Shown here: piece after piece, positions 18,836 through 28,479 of the stretch
Numbering within the stretch: the first letter of the stretch is position 1
Layout of the letters: every line of letters starts with the position of its first letter
Assembly: GCA_016874795.1 (NCBI GenBank)
Contig: VGTG01000005.1
Location: forward strand, 15,393 to 79,392
Direction of reading: 5' to 3'
DNA: 64,000 nt
Source of the DNA: Deltaproteobacteria bacterium
Lineage (GTDB): Bacteria; Desulfobacterota; Binatia; UBA12015
The notes under the pieces: generated by a model
What the model saw: only the letters and a program-made list of their open reading frames with translations
Told to the model about the DNA's origin: nothing
The model's database searches: none
Position numbers and translations under genes: made by a program

Positions 18836-19887
18836 AGCGCCACCCGGTGCCGTCCGCTGTGCAGGTAGTTCATGGTCTGTACGGTGAGGAGAACGGTGAA
18901 CTCCTGGCGGGCCTGCTCCTCGGGCACGGCGAGGCGGAGCTTCAGCTCGCGGCAGCGCGAGATCATGTCCTCGAGCACGCGGTCGATCGTGTACTGGTAG
19001 ATCCCGGTCCAGCTCGCGACGACGCGGCGCACGGACCGGCGGATCTTGCCGAGGAACTGCGCCGCCGTCATGCTGCTCGCATACTCGGGCCCGTCCGAGA
19101 AGATGCGCCGGAGCTCGCGGTCGTAGAACTTCGGATGGTCGACGCCGTGCAGGCGACGCTTCCGGCGATAATGGCGGCGGAGCGTGTAACGGAGCTTCCG
19201 GAGCGGATCGACCTCCTCGGCGCTCATCACGAGCGGCTTCTTGCCGCGCAGCCCGCGCATGACGCTGTCGACCCACTCGAGCTTCGCGAGCGCCGGCCAT
19301 CCGGCGTAGCGCCGTCGCCAGTTCGCGTCGGGAGTCAGCCACACGGCGAACGTCTCGGCGAAATCCTCGTCGGGATGGCTCTGCGCGTACCAGGGATCGA
19401 TGTGCTGGACGAACGTCTTGCTGTACGGCTTCGGGTCGTAGAACTCGGGGTAGGGCTCGGAGGAGCTGCCGAAGAGCGGCTTCCGGCTGCGGCGAAGGCG
19501 CAGCTTGTACGCGTTGTCGATCGCGTGTCCCGCCTCGTGGCGGAGGATGCGCATGCACCAGTCGTGTTCGCCGCCTTCGACCTCGAGCATCTGCGCCTTC
19601 TCGAGGCGCTCGAGCCGTGGATGCGCGAGATAGAACGGCACCGCCATCGACGACGTGTCGTCCGGAGTGAACCACTCGTCGGAGAGATAGAAGTGGATCG
19701 GGAAGCGGAGCTCGCGCTCCTCGAGCTCCTTGCAGAGCGCGGAGATGCGGCCTTCGACGGCGGTTCCAGCGAGCGAAAGCGGTAGATCGGAGAGACGCAG
19801 GTCGAGGAGCTCCTCGTCGGGAAGCTCCGTCCAGTTGGCCGGTACGGCCCCGGCTATCCGAGGAGCTGGATCGCCCACCAGGCCCAC
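18832..19887 (-). CDS. Putative zinc metallopeptidase-like protein (HExxH), function unknown.
   Basis: HEAGHAIDNAY (HExxH) with a downstream Glu-rich segment EDFAETFAVW; 351 aa. Its listed start overlaps the MAPEG gene by 34 bp and uses GTG, so the true start may lie downstream. Confidence 0.6.
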   Translation of the reverse strand: MGLVGDPAPRIAGAVPANWTELPDEELLDLRLSDLPLSLAGTAVEGRISALCKELEERELRFPIHFYLSDEWFTPDDTSSMAVPFYLAHPRLERLEKAQMLEVEGGEHDWCMRILRHEAGHAIDNAYKLRLRRSRKPLFGSSSEPYPEFYDPKPYSKTFVQHIDPWYAQSHPDEDFAETFAVWLTPDANWRRRYAGWPALAKLEWVDSVMRGLRGKKPLVMSAEEVDPLRKLRYTLRRHYRRKRRLHGVDHPKFYDRELRRIFSDGPEYASSMTAAQFLGKIRRSVRRVVASWTGIYQYTIDRVLEDMISRCRELKLRLAVPEEQARQEFTVLLTVQTMNYLHSGRHRVAL

Positions 19888-20258
19888 ACGACGATCTGTA
19901 CGATGTAGAAGCCGAAGCGGAGAAAGACCGCGGGGACGCTCACCGAAGCGAGGTGCGTGAGGGACTGGCCGAGACGCGCGTAGAGAACGACGGGCGCCAG
20001 CGGATCGGTGATCGCGAGCTGTCCCGTGATGTGCGCCGCGAGAGCGAGCGCGGCGAAGACGGGCAGGTTTTCGTAGACGTTGTCTCGCGCGCGGACGAGA
20101 CGCTGTCCGAAGCCCGGCGTGTCGTCCCCGTCGCTGCGGAACGAGTTCGCGGCGCGCCGCCCCGAGAGCACGAGCGCGGTTCGGTAGAAGCCGAGGATTG
20201 CGGTGAGGAGCAAGAACCAGCCGGCGAAACCGGCGAGCGCGCTGGCGGTGGCAGACAT
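19854..20258 (-). CDS. MAPEG-family membrane protein (microsomal GST-like).
   Basis: 134 aa with four hydrophobic helices, RDNVYENLPVFAALALAAH, and an R-x-x-x-NxxE/Y signature. ATG preceded by GGAAAGAG. Confidence 0.7.
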   Translation of the reverse strand: MSATASALAGFAGWFLLLTAILGFYRTALVLSGRRAANSFRSDGDDTPGFGQRLVRARDNVYENLPVFAALALAAHITGQLAITDPLAPVVLYARLGQSLTHLASVSVPAVFLRFGFYIVQIVVWAWWAIQLLG

Positions 20259-20375
20259 GGAGGTCTCTTTCCGGCGCCGCTTAGAGCACGCTCCGGGACG
20301 GGGTGTCGAGCCGACGCCGCGAGAACGATCGCACCCGGGTTGCGAGCGACGCGCGGACCGTGCCAAAGCTCGATC

Positions 20376-21047
20376 GTGAACGGGATCCACGACATGGGCG
20401 GCCTGCACGGCTTCGGTCGCGTCCCGGTCGAGCCCAACGAGCCGGTGTTCCACGCGCGCTGGGAATCGCGCGTGTTCGGCATCGCGCGGAGCCTCGGTGG
20501 CGGGAACATCGACGCGAGCCGCCACGGGCTCGAGCGGCTCGATCCCGTGGCGTATCTCCGGAACGGCTACTACGGACGCTGGTTCGCGGTGCTCGAGCAG
20601 ACTCTCGTGTCCCTCCAGGTGATCGCGCCGAAGGACGTCGAGGAGCGGATGCGTCGCCGTCGCCGCCGCGCCCGCAAGGAAGCGAAACGCAAGGCGAAGC
20701 CGGGGAGCGCGGCGGAAGCCCCGGCGTGGCGTCCGCCGCCGACGCGGAGCTTCGCGCGCGAGGTCGATCGCGCTCCGGTCTTCGCCGCGGGCGAAGCCGT
20801 GCGCACGCGCAATCACCAGCCGGACGGACACACGCGTCTGCCCGCCTACGCGCGCTGCCGCGCGGGTGTGATCGAGCGCGTGCATGCTGCGATGGTCTAT
20901 CCCGACGACAACGCGCACCAGCGCGGCGAGAACCCACAGTACCTGTACACCGTGCGCTTCGCGGCGCGTGAGCTCTGGGGGGACGCGGCCGAGGCGGCGA
21001 CGTCCGTGTGCGTCGATCTCTTCGAGCCCTATCTGGAGCGTGCATGA
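20376..21047 (+). CDS. nthB: Nitrile hydratase beta subunit.
   Basis: GTG-initiated [17 protein letters not shown]...WESRVFG... with C-terminal ...[14 protein letters not shown]. Contains an unusual polybasic insert [20 protein letters not shown]. Overlaps the alpha-subunit start (ATGA). Confidence 0.85.
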   Translation: MNGIHDMGGLHGFGRVPVEPNEPVFHARWESRVFGIARSLGGGNIDASRHGLERLDPVAYLRNGYYGRWFAVLEQTLVSLQVIAPKDVEERMRRRRRRARKEAKRKAKPGSAAEAPAWRPPPTRSFAREVDRAPVFAAGEAVRTRNHQPDGHTRLPAYARCRAGVIERVHAAMVYPDDNAHQRGENPQYLYTVRFAARELWGDAAEAATSVCVDLFEPYLERA

Positions 21048-21661
21048 GCTCGGGGCACGACCACGATCACGAGCAGGACGATCTCGCGGCGCGCGTCGAG
21101 GCGATCGAGTCGCTCCTCGTCGAGAAGGGCCTCGTCGACCCGGCCGTCGTCGACGAGATCATCCGCCACTACGAGGAAGACGTCGGCCCGATGAACGGCG
21201 CGCGCGTGGTCGCGCGCGCTTGGACCGATCCCGCCTACCGCGAGCGCCTTCTCGCCAACGGCTCGGCTGCGGTCGCGGAGATGGGCTTCGGCGGGAGCGA
21301 GGGCGCGCACGTCCGCGTGGTCGAGAATCGTCTCGGCGTGCACAACGTCGTCGTCTGCACGCTCTGCTCCTGCTACCCGTGGCCGCTGCTCGGGCTTCCT
21401 CCGAACTGGTACAAGTCGCCTCCCTATCGATCGCGCGTCGTGCGCGAGCCGCGCGCCGTGCTCTCCGAGATGGGCCTCGATCTGCCCGAGTCGACCGAGA
21501 TCCGCGTCTGGGACTCGACTGCGGAAGTCCGCTACCTCGTGCTGCCCGAGAGGCCCGCCGGATCGGAGAGCCTCTCCGAGGAGGAGCTCGCTTCGCTCGT
21601 CGGGCGGGACGCGATGATCGGGGTGGCGATCGCGCGAGAGCCCGGAGAAGAGGGTGGCTGA
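21044..21661 (+). CDS. nthA: Nitrile hydratase alpha subunit, cobalt type.
   Basis: Metal-site motif [10 protein letters not shown] (C-T-L-C-S-C-Y indicates Co-type); 205 aa. Confidence 0.9.
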   Translation: MSSGHDHDHEQDDLAARVEAIESLLVEKGLVDPAVVDEIIRHYEEDVGPMNGARVVARAWTDPAYRERLLANGSAAVAEMGFGGSEGAHVRVVENRLGVHNVVVCTLCSCYPWPLLGLPPNWYKSPPYRSRVVREPRAVLSEMGLDLPESTEIRVWDSTAEVRYLVLPERPAGSESLSEEELASLVGRDAMIGVAIAREPGEEGG

Positions 21662-21995
21662 GCCTCTTCCCGCCGTGCTCGACGAGCTCGTCGGCCGCAC
21701 GGCGCCGCCGCGACGCAACGGCGAGATCGTCTTCGACGCGCCGTGGGAGAGCCGCCTCTTCGGGCTCACGATGACGCTCCTTCGCACGGGCCGATTCGAG
21801 TGGATCGAGTTCCAGCTCGGCCTGGTGCGCGAGGTCGCGAAGTGGGACGCCGATCCGGAGCACGGCTCGTACTGGGGGTGCTGGCAGCGCGCTTTCGAGG
21901 CTCTCCTCGAGGAGAAGGGCCTCTGTCGCGGAGCCGAGCTCGAAGAGCGCGCCGAAGCGCTCGCGGCGCGTCCGCGGGGCCACGATCACCGCTGA
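21654..21995 (+). CDS. Nitrile hydratase accessory protein / activator (beta-subunit homologue, NhlE/P14K-like).
   Basis: 113 aa; [18 protein letters not shown] resembles the beta-subunit N-terminus. Its start overlaps the alpha-subunit stop. Confidence 0.7.
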   Translation: MAEPLPAVLDELVGRTAPPRRNGEIVFDAPWESRLFGLTMTLLRTGRFEWIEFQLGLVREVAKWDADPEHGSYWGCWQRAFEALLEEKGLCRGAELEERAEALAARPRGHDHR

Positions 21996-22078
21996 AGCCT
22001 TCTCCTCGCTTCCTCGCCTCCTCGCTTCCAGCCCGAGGAGTCTTGACAGGGGAAAACAGGTGATTTAAACGACTGTTT

Positions 22079-22747
22079 ATGTCGAAGCAGGACGGGGACA
22101 CGCGAAAGCGACTCCTTCGCGCCGCGACGGAGCTCTTCGCCGCGACCGGCTTCCACGGAGCGAAGATCCGCGACATCGCGGAGCGAGCCGGCGCGAACGT
22201 CGCCGCCGCCAACTATCACTTCGGCTCGAAGGCGGCGCTCTATCTCGATGTCCTGCGCTCGCAGTTCGGCGACATCCGCGGCCGTCTCACGGCACGCGCG
22301 GGCCTTCCTTCCGAGGAGAGGCTCGCCCGGCTGCCGCGCAGCGAGCTCGTCGCGCTGATGCACGCGCGGCTGACCACCATGCTCGACATCCTGATCGGCC
22401 CGCAGGCCGGCGTCTGGGGACGGCTCATGCAGCGCGAGATGGCCGACCCGAGCGAAGCGCTGCCGCACATCGTCGAGGAGTTCATGAAGCCGCAGATGGC
22501 CGAGATGCGACTCGTCCTCACCCACCTGTTCCCGACGCTGCCTGCAGCGGAGGTCGATCGCTGCGTGTTCAGCATGATCGGCCAATCGCTTTTCTACCAG
22601 ACGATGCGTCCGGCGGTTCTCCGCTTCCTCGGGCGCGAGGAGTATCCGCGCGGCTTCGCGCGTCAAGTCGCCGATCACGTGCTGGAGTTCTCGCTCGGCG
22701 GGATGGAGCGCCTCGCGGCGCAGGGGGGGTCGCGCCGTGCGAGCTGA
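22079..22747 (+). CDS. TetR-family transcriptional regulator (CecR/YbiH-like position ahead of an efflux operon).
   Basis: HTH region LLRAATELFAATGFHGAKIRDIAERAGANVAAANYHF. Confidence 0.8.
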   Translation: MSKQDGDTRKRLLRAATELFAATGFHGAKIRDIAERAGANVAAANYHFGSKAALYLDVLRSQFGDIRGRLTARAGLPSEERLARLPRSELVALMHARLTTMLDILIGPQAGVWGRLMQREMADPSEALPHIVEEFMKPQMAEMRLVLTHLFPTLPAAEVDRCVFSMIGQSLFYQTMRPAVLRFLGREEYPRGFARQVADHVLEFSLGGMERLAAQGGSRRAS

Positions 22748-24296
22748 AGCGCGACGGCGCTTCGTGCCGCTCGGAGTCCTCCTGACGCTCTGCGCGGCGT
22801 GCAGCTCGTTCACGCGGCCGGACGGCGACGGCGGCTGGAGCGAGGCGCGCCGCGAGGAAGAGGTCGCTCGCCTGCAGTCCGCGGCCGGCGTCACGGTCCC
22901 GGAAGCGAAGCTCGAGCTCGAGTCGAAGCGGATCGAAGATTCTCTCGACGTCGCGTCCCCGCCGCCCTCCGCTCCTCCCGCCACCCCGAGCGGCGAGATG
23001 GATCTCGCGCAGGCTCTCGCGGTCGCGGCACGCGGCAACCGCCGCATCGTGGAGGCGCACGAGCAGCTCGCCGCGACCGCCGAGCGCGTCGCCGACGTGC
23101 GCGGCCGCTTGCTCCCCGCGACCACCGCGGAGGCGCGGTACACCTGGTACACGGCCGCGCAGACGGCGAGCGTCGATCTCCCCTCCGGCGTGCTACCGCC
23201 TGGCTCGGCACCTCCGGTCGTCGAGATCCGCGACGCGGACGCGGGCACGGTGAACGCGCGCATCTACGTGCCGATCGATCTGACGGGCGAGCTTCGCCAC
23301 ACGCTCTCCGCCGCGCAGGCAGGCTACCGCGGCGAGCGCGCGCGCGTCTGGGCGACGACGCTCGACGAGCAGCTCGCGGTCACACAGGCCTACTTCCAGC
23401 TCCTCGAGGCGCGCCGCCTGCGCACCGTCACCGAGGAGACGATCGCGGTCTATCGCTCGCAGCTCGGCATCGCGAGGAGCCGGTTCGACCAGGGACGCCT
23501 TCTGAAGAACGATCTGCTGACGGTCGACGTCGCGCTGCAGCTCGCGGAGCAGGGCCTGCTCGGGCGCGACCTCGCGATCGAGGAGGCGCGCTGGCTCTTC
23601 AATCGCTCGATCGGTGCGGACGTGAACGCCCCGGCGGAGCTCGCCGACGTGCGCCGCCCGCCCGACGTGCCGAGCGTCGACCGGGCGCTGGCGCTCGCCT
23701 ACCAGGAGAACCCGATCCTGCTGTCCCTCCTCGAGGAGCAGCAGCGGCTCCAGGACACCGCGACGGCGCTCGAACGAAGCCGACTGCCGCGCTTCGGCGG
23801 CGGCGGCGGGATGGACTACTCGTCGAGCGACATCCTCGAGCCGCAGCAGATCGGCTCGGGTTTCATCGGGTTCACCTGGGAACTCGGCACCGACCTGCGG
23901 CGCGAAGCGCAGATCTCGGAGGCGCGCATCCAGTCGGACCGGAACCGCATCGCCACGGAGCGCCAGCTTCGCGATCTCGAGGCCGCCGTTCGTGCGGCGC
24001 AGCTCTCCACCGCCGAGCGACTCGCCGCGTATCGGACGGCGCAGTCGTCGCTGAGCCAGGCGGAGGAGAACCTGCGCATCCGCGAGCAGCAGTTCGACGT
24101 CGGACGCGCGCAGAGCGACGACGTGCTGATCGCGGAGCGTCTCCTCGCCGAGCAACGCGCCACGCTCGCGACGGCACTCTACCAGGCACACACGCGACGC
24201 GCGGCGCTGCAGCGGCTGATGGGGCTCGACCTCGAGGACCTGAACGCGACGAAGGCCCCGAACGCCAGGTCTGCCGCGAGCGGAGCCGGAACGTGA
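22737..24296 (+). CDS. TolC-family outer-membrane efflux lipoprotein.
   Basis: Lipobox LLTLCAAC; two OEP-repeat regions with coiled-coil heptads; 519 aa. GTG start overlaps the tetR end by 11 bp. Confidence 0.8.
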   Translation: MRAEARRRFVPLGVLLTLCAACSSFTRPDGDGGWSEARREEEVARLQSAAGVTVPEAKLELESKRIEDSLDVASPPPSAPPATPSGEMDLAQALAVAARGNRRIVEAHEQLAATAERVADVRGRLLPATTAEARYTWYTAAQTASVDLPSGVLPPGSAPPVVEIRDADAGTVNARIYVPIDLTGELRHTLSAAQAGYRGERARVWATTLDEQLAVTQAYFQLLEARRLRTVTEETIAVYRSQLGIARSRFDQGRLLKNDLLTVDVALQLAEQGLLGRDLAIEEARWLFNRSIGADVNAPAELADVRRPPDVPSVDRALALAYQENPILLSLLEEQQRLQDTATALERSRLPRFGGGGGMDYSSSDILEPQQIGSGFIGFTWELGTDLRREAQISEARIQSDRNRIATERQLRDLEAAVRAAQLSTAERLAAYRTAQSSLSQAEENLRIREQQFDVGRAQSDDVLIAERLLAEQRATLATALYQAHTRRAALQRLMGLDLEDLNATKAPNARSAASGAGT

Positions 24297-24327
24297 GCGC
24301 GATGTTCGCGGTCGAAGGAGAGATACG

Positions 24328-25410
24328 ATGAAGCGTGGCGTCCTCGTCGGCGTGGTCGCGATCGTCGCGGTCCTCACGCTCGTCTTCTGGTGGGCGCGTC
24401 GGGACGACGGCGACGCCTACTACACCGGCTTCGTCGAGGGAGAGGAGCGCGTTCTCCGCAGCGAGGTGACGGGGCGTGTCCTCGACGTCCCGTTCACGGA
24501 GGGGGAGGCCCTCTCGGCGGGCGCCGTCGTCGCTCGCATCGACGAGACCGACATCGAGGCGCGCCTCCATGCGAAGGAGCGCGAGCTCGCCGTGACGCGC
24601 GCGGAGATCCGTACGCAGGAGGAGCGGATCGCGCTCGTCGAGAGCACCTGGAGAACGGGCCTCGAAGCACGCCGCGCGGACGTCAGCCAGGCCGAATCCG
24701 CGTACAGCCTCGCGGAGCGTACGCTCGGCCGCGAGAGCGAGCTCGTCAAGACGGGCGCGAGCACCGCGCAGCTCCTCGACGAGGTGCGCGCGCGGTACGA
24801 TCAGGCGAAGAGCGCCCTCGCCCGGAGCCGCGATCTCCTCGCGCAGGCGGAAGCCGAGGAACGGAACATCGCCGTCAACGAGGGGCAGCTCGCGATGCTG
24901 CGCGAGCGCGCTTCGCTGATCGAAGCGCAGATCGCCGAGCTCGACATCACGAAGCGAAAGCACGAGGTGAAGGCGCCGAACGTCGCGACCGTCGTCCAGA
25001 CGCAGTTCGTCTGGCCGGGCGAGCTCGTGCAGCCCGGCACGCCGGTCGTGGCGGTGCTCGATCCGGAGGACAAGTACGTCCAGATCTATCTCCCGGTCTC
25101 CGCGATGTCGGACGTCCGGGTCGGACGGCGCGTCGAGATCGAGCTCGACAGCGCCGTCGGGCGCCGCATCCCCGGCGAGATCAGCTTCATCGCCGACCAG
25201 GCGAACTTCACGCCCGAGAAGATCGAGACGCGCGGCGACCGCGTCGGCCAGGTGTACCGCGCGAAGGTGCGCGTTCTCCAGGACGCGGCGCTGCTCAAGC
25301 CGGGTACCGAAGGGAACGTGTACCTCGCGGCCGCCGGGGGCGACGACGGCGAGGCGCAGGGCGCCGCGGCCTCGGAGGAAGGCACGGCGAGCGCGCGCCG
25401 GGACGGCTAG
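24328..25410 (+). CDS. HlyD-family membrane-fusion / periplasmic adaptor protein.
   Basis: N-terminal TM helix, long coiled-coil region, and C-terminal beta-barrel (...VKAPNVATVVQTQFVWPGELV...). Confidence 0.85.
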   Translation: MKRGVLVGVVAIVAVLTLVFWWARRDDGDAYYTGFVEGEERVLRSEVTGRVLDVPFTEGEALSAGAVVARIDETDIEARLHAKERELAVTRAEIRTQEERIALVESTWRTGLEARRADVSQAESAYSLAERTLGRESELVKTGASTAQLLDEVRARYDQAKSALARSRDLLAQAEAEERNIAVNEGQLAMLRERASLIEAQIAELDITKRKHEVKAPNVATVVQTQFVWPGELVQPGTPVVAVLDPEDKYVQIYLPVSAMSDVRVGRRVEIELDSAVGRRIPGEISFIADQANFTPEKIETRGDRVGQVYRAKVRVLQDAALLKPGTEGNVYLAAAGGDDGEAQGAAASEEGTASARRDG

Positions 25411-25412
25411 GC

Positions 25413-26369
25413 ATGAGCGAGCCGGCCCTTCGGTTGCGCGGCCTCGTCAAGCGCTACGGCACGCGGCTCGCGCTGCGCGGGATCGATCTCGACGTCTCCG
25501 GTCCGCAGATCCTCGGCGTCGTCGGCCCCGACGGCGCCGGAAAGACGACCCTTCTGCGCACGCTCGCGGGGCTGCTCGAGGTGGAGGCGCGCGAGGCGCT
25601 CGTGCTCGGCCACGACCTGCTCGACGACGTGACGGAGCTGAAGGAGACGCTCGGGTACGTCCCCCAGGTGTTCAGCCTGTATCGTGAATTGACGGTGCGC
25701 GAGAACCTCACCGTCACCGCGCGCCTGCACGCTCTCGACGCGGAGGAGCTCGAGCGACGCGCGATGCCGGTCCTGGAGCGGACCGGCCTGGCTCCGTTCG
25801 TCGATCGGCAAGCGGGCGCGCTCTCCGGCGGCATGAAGCAGAAGCTCGCGGTGACGTGCGCGCTCCTGCCGCGGCCGAAGCTCCTCGTGCTGGACGAGCC
25901 GACGGCGGGCGTCGACGTGGTCGCGCGCGACGAGATCTGGGAGATCCTGAACGAGCGGAAGGACGAGGTCCTGATCGTCATCAGCACGAGCTACCTCGAG
26001 GAGGTCTCGGCCTGCGATCGCGTCGTCTACCTCGACGAGGGACGGGTCGCCGCCGTCGGCACGCCGCGCGAGCTCTGTGCCGCGGTGCCGCTCGAGCTCT
26101 ATCGCGCGTGGGGCGACGATCCGCGCGCGATCGCGCGCTCCGTGCGTGCCGCTCTTCCGTACGTCGGCGAGGCGCGAGCGGCGGGGCTCTTCGCGCGCAT
26201 CGAGGTTCCGCGCGAGCGGAGCCCCGGCGCGGAGCGCGTGCTGCGCGATCTCTGGGCGATGGCGAGCGAGGGCGTCCGGCTCGCCGAGCAGGCGCCCGTC
26301 GACGTCGAGTCGATGCTGCTCTCGCTCGCGCGCGGTACTCCGGGCTCCTCGACGGAGTCGGTCGCTTGA
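25413..26369 (+). CDS. ABC transporter ATP-binding protein (first of two).
   Basis: Walker A GPDGAGKTT, signature LSGGMKQKL, Walker B LLVLDEPTAG. Confidence 0.85.
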   Translation: MSEPALRLRGLVKRYGTRLALRGIDLDVSGPQILGVVGPDGAGKTTLLRTLAGLLEVEAREALVLGHDLLDDVTELKETLGYVPQVFSLYRELTVRENLTVTARLHALDAEELERRAMPVLERTGLAPFVDRQAGALSGGMKQKLAVTCALLPRPKLLVLDEPTAGVDVVARDEIWEILNERKDEVLIVISTSYLEEVSACDRVVYLDEGRVAAVGTPRELCAAVPLELYRAWGDDPRAIARSVRAALPYVGEARAAGLFARIEVPRERSPGAERVLRDLWAMASEGVRLAEQAPVDVESMLLSLARGTPGSSTESVA

Positions 26370-27346
26370 AGCGCTCCGACCCGATCATCCGCGCGCAGGG
26401 CCTGACGAAGCGCTTCGGAGACTTCGCGGCCGTCGACGACGTTTCGCTGCACGTCGAGCGCGGCAGCGTGTTCGCGTTCCTCGGCGCGAACGGCTCCGGG
26501 AAGAGCACGACGATCCGCATGCTGATCGGGCTGCTCACGCCGACGGCAGGCACGATCGAGGTCGACGGCATCGACGTCGCGCGCCAGCCGCGCCGCGTGC
26601 GCGATCACATCGGCTACATGGGACAGAAGGTGAGCCTCTACCAGGGGCTCTCGCTGCGCGAGAACGCGGAGTTCTACGGCGGTCTCTACGGGCTCACGCC
26701 GGCGCATCTCGAGGAGCGCTGGGGTGCCTTGCGCGAGCGCTTCGCTCTCGGTGAAGCGGAGCGCGAGAAGCCCGAGGACCTCTCCGCCGGCATCCGGCAG
26801 CGCGCAGGTCTCGCGCTCAGCACGCTGCATCGTCCGCGTGTCCTCTTCCTCGACGAGCCGACCGCGGGCGTCGACGTCGAGAACCGCGCTCTCTTCTGGG
26901 AGCTGATCCGGGAGGAGGCCGACGCCGGTGTCACGGTTTTCGTCACGACGCACTTCCTCGAGGAAGCCGACTACTGCGACTGGATCTCCTTCATCGACTC
27001 CGGCCGGCTCGTCGCCGACGCTTCGCCGGCCGACCTGCGACGCCAGTACTCGGAGGGATACCGCGTACGCATCGAGCTCGCCGAAGCAGGCGCGGATCCT
27101 GGACGGGAGGGTGGGGTGCTCCACCGCGTCGCGCGCGCTCTCGCGGGGAAGGGCTTCGACGTCACGCAGGCTCCCCGGGGGATCGTGCTGCGCGCGGGAC
27201 GCCTGGACGCGCCGCTCCTCGACGCCGTGCGCGAGGCCGTCGCATCGACGCCGGGCGTTCGCGTGCGAGTCGAGCAGCCGGAGATGACGGACGTGTTCCG
27301 CGCGCTGATGCGGAGCGCCGAGGAGTCGCGAAAGGCGGCGGCATGA
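26366..27346 (+). CDS. ABC transporter ATP-binding protein (second of two).
   Basis: GANGSGKST, LSAGIRQRAGL, LFLDEPTAG. TTG start inferred from the TTGA overlap with the upstream stop. Confidence 0.75.
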   Translation: MKRSDPIIRAQGLTKRFGDFAAVDDVSLHVERGSVFAFLGANGSGKSTTIRMLIGLLTPTAGTIEVDGIDVARQPRRVRDHIGYMGQKVSLYQGLSLRENAEFYGGLYGLTPAHLEERWGALRERFALGEAEREKPEDLSAGIRQRAGLALSTLHRPRVLFLDEPTAGVDVENRALFWELIREEADAGVTVFVTTHFLEEADYCDWISFIDSGRLVADASPADLRRQYSEGYRVRIELAEAGADPGREGGVLHRVARALAGKGFDVTQAPRGIVLRAGRLDAPLLDAVREAVASTPGVRVRVEQPEMTDVFRALMRSAEESRKAAA

Positions 27347-28479
27347 GCCCGCGCCGGCTCTGGGTGCTCGTGCGGCGCGAGGCTCTCGCGACGCTGCGCG
27401 ATCCGTTCACGATCTCGATCCTCGTCCTCGTGCCGCTGATGGCGCTTCTCCTGTTCGGAAAGATCCTCTCGACGGACGTGAAGGGTCTCGACCTCGGCGT
27501 GATCGACGCGAGCCAGAGCAGCGCGAGCCGTCGCCTCGTCGCCGAGCTCGCCGCGCAGGGGACGTTCGTTCCCCGGCCGTTCGAGACGCGGGACGAGCTC
27601 GACCGCGCGATGCTCGCGGGGGGGATCGGCGCGGGCGTCGTCATCCCGCCGGAGTTCGAGCGACGGCTGCGGCACTTCGAGGCGGGCGGGCCCCCGCCCG
27701 AGATCCGCGTCGTCTACGACGGCGGCGAGGTCGTCCTCGCGGGCAACACGGAGGCCTTCCTCTCGACACTCGTGACCGCGACGGGACGCGAGCTCCGCAC
27801 CGCCGACGGCTCCGCGCCGCCGACGGGCGAGCGCGCCTCCGGCGTCACGGTGCAGACGACGGCCTTGTTCAATCCCGACCTGGACGGGACCCCGTACATG
27901 GTCGCGGGCACGTTCGGGTTCGTGTTGAGCTTCGCGACGACGCTGATCATCGCGGTCTCGGTCGTGAACGAGCGCTTCGCCGGCACGTTCGAGCAGCTTC
28001 AGGTGACGCCCGCGACGTCCGTCGAGATCCTCCTCGGCAAGATCCTGCCGCTCGGTGCGGTGTTCTCGGCGGACGTCGTGCTGATGATGCTGCTCGCGGG
28101 GTTCCTGCTCGGCGTGTGGCCCGCTGGGAACGCGTTTCTCTTCGTCGTGATCTCGACGTTCTACCTGCTCGTCTCGCTCTCGCTCGGCGTGATCTTCTCC
28201 GCGACGTCGAAGACCTCGGCGGAGGCCGTCTCGAAGACCGTCCTCGCGAGCCAGCCGCTGATCCTTCTCTCCGGCTTCGCCGTGCCGACGCCGAACATGC
28301 CGGTGGTCTTCCAGATGCTCTCGGAGGTGATCCCGGCGACGCACTACATCCGGGTGAGCCGCGCGATCTACCTCCGGGGAGAGGGGCTCCTGCCGCTTCT
28401 TCCCGAGCTCGCGATCATCGCCGTGATGGGCGGCGTCCTCGCGACGATCGCGTTGCGCGCGATCGGGAGGCGCTCGTGA
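27343..28479 (+). CDS. ABC-2 type transporter permease.
   Basis: N-terminal TM helix, large periplasmic loop, five C-terminal TM helices (YbhS-like topology). Confidence 0.8.
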   Translation: MSPRRLWVLVRREALATLRDPFTISILVLVPLMALLLFGKILSTDVKGLDLGVIDASQSSASRRLVAELAAQGTFVPRPFETRDELDRAMLAGGIGAGVVIPPEFERRLRHFEAGGPPPEIRVVYDGGEVVLAGNTEAFLSTLVTATGRELRTADGSAPPTGERASGVTVQTTALFNPDLDGTPYMVAGTFGFVLSFATTLIIAVSVVNERFAGTFEQLQVTPATSVEILLGKILPLGAVFSADVVLMMLLAGFLLGVWPAGNAFLFVVISTFYLLVSLSLGVIFSATSKTSAEAVSKTVLASQPLILLSGFAVPTPNMPVVFQMLSEVIPATHYIRVSRAIYLRGEGLLPLLPELAIIAVMGGVLATIALRAIGRRS

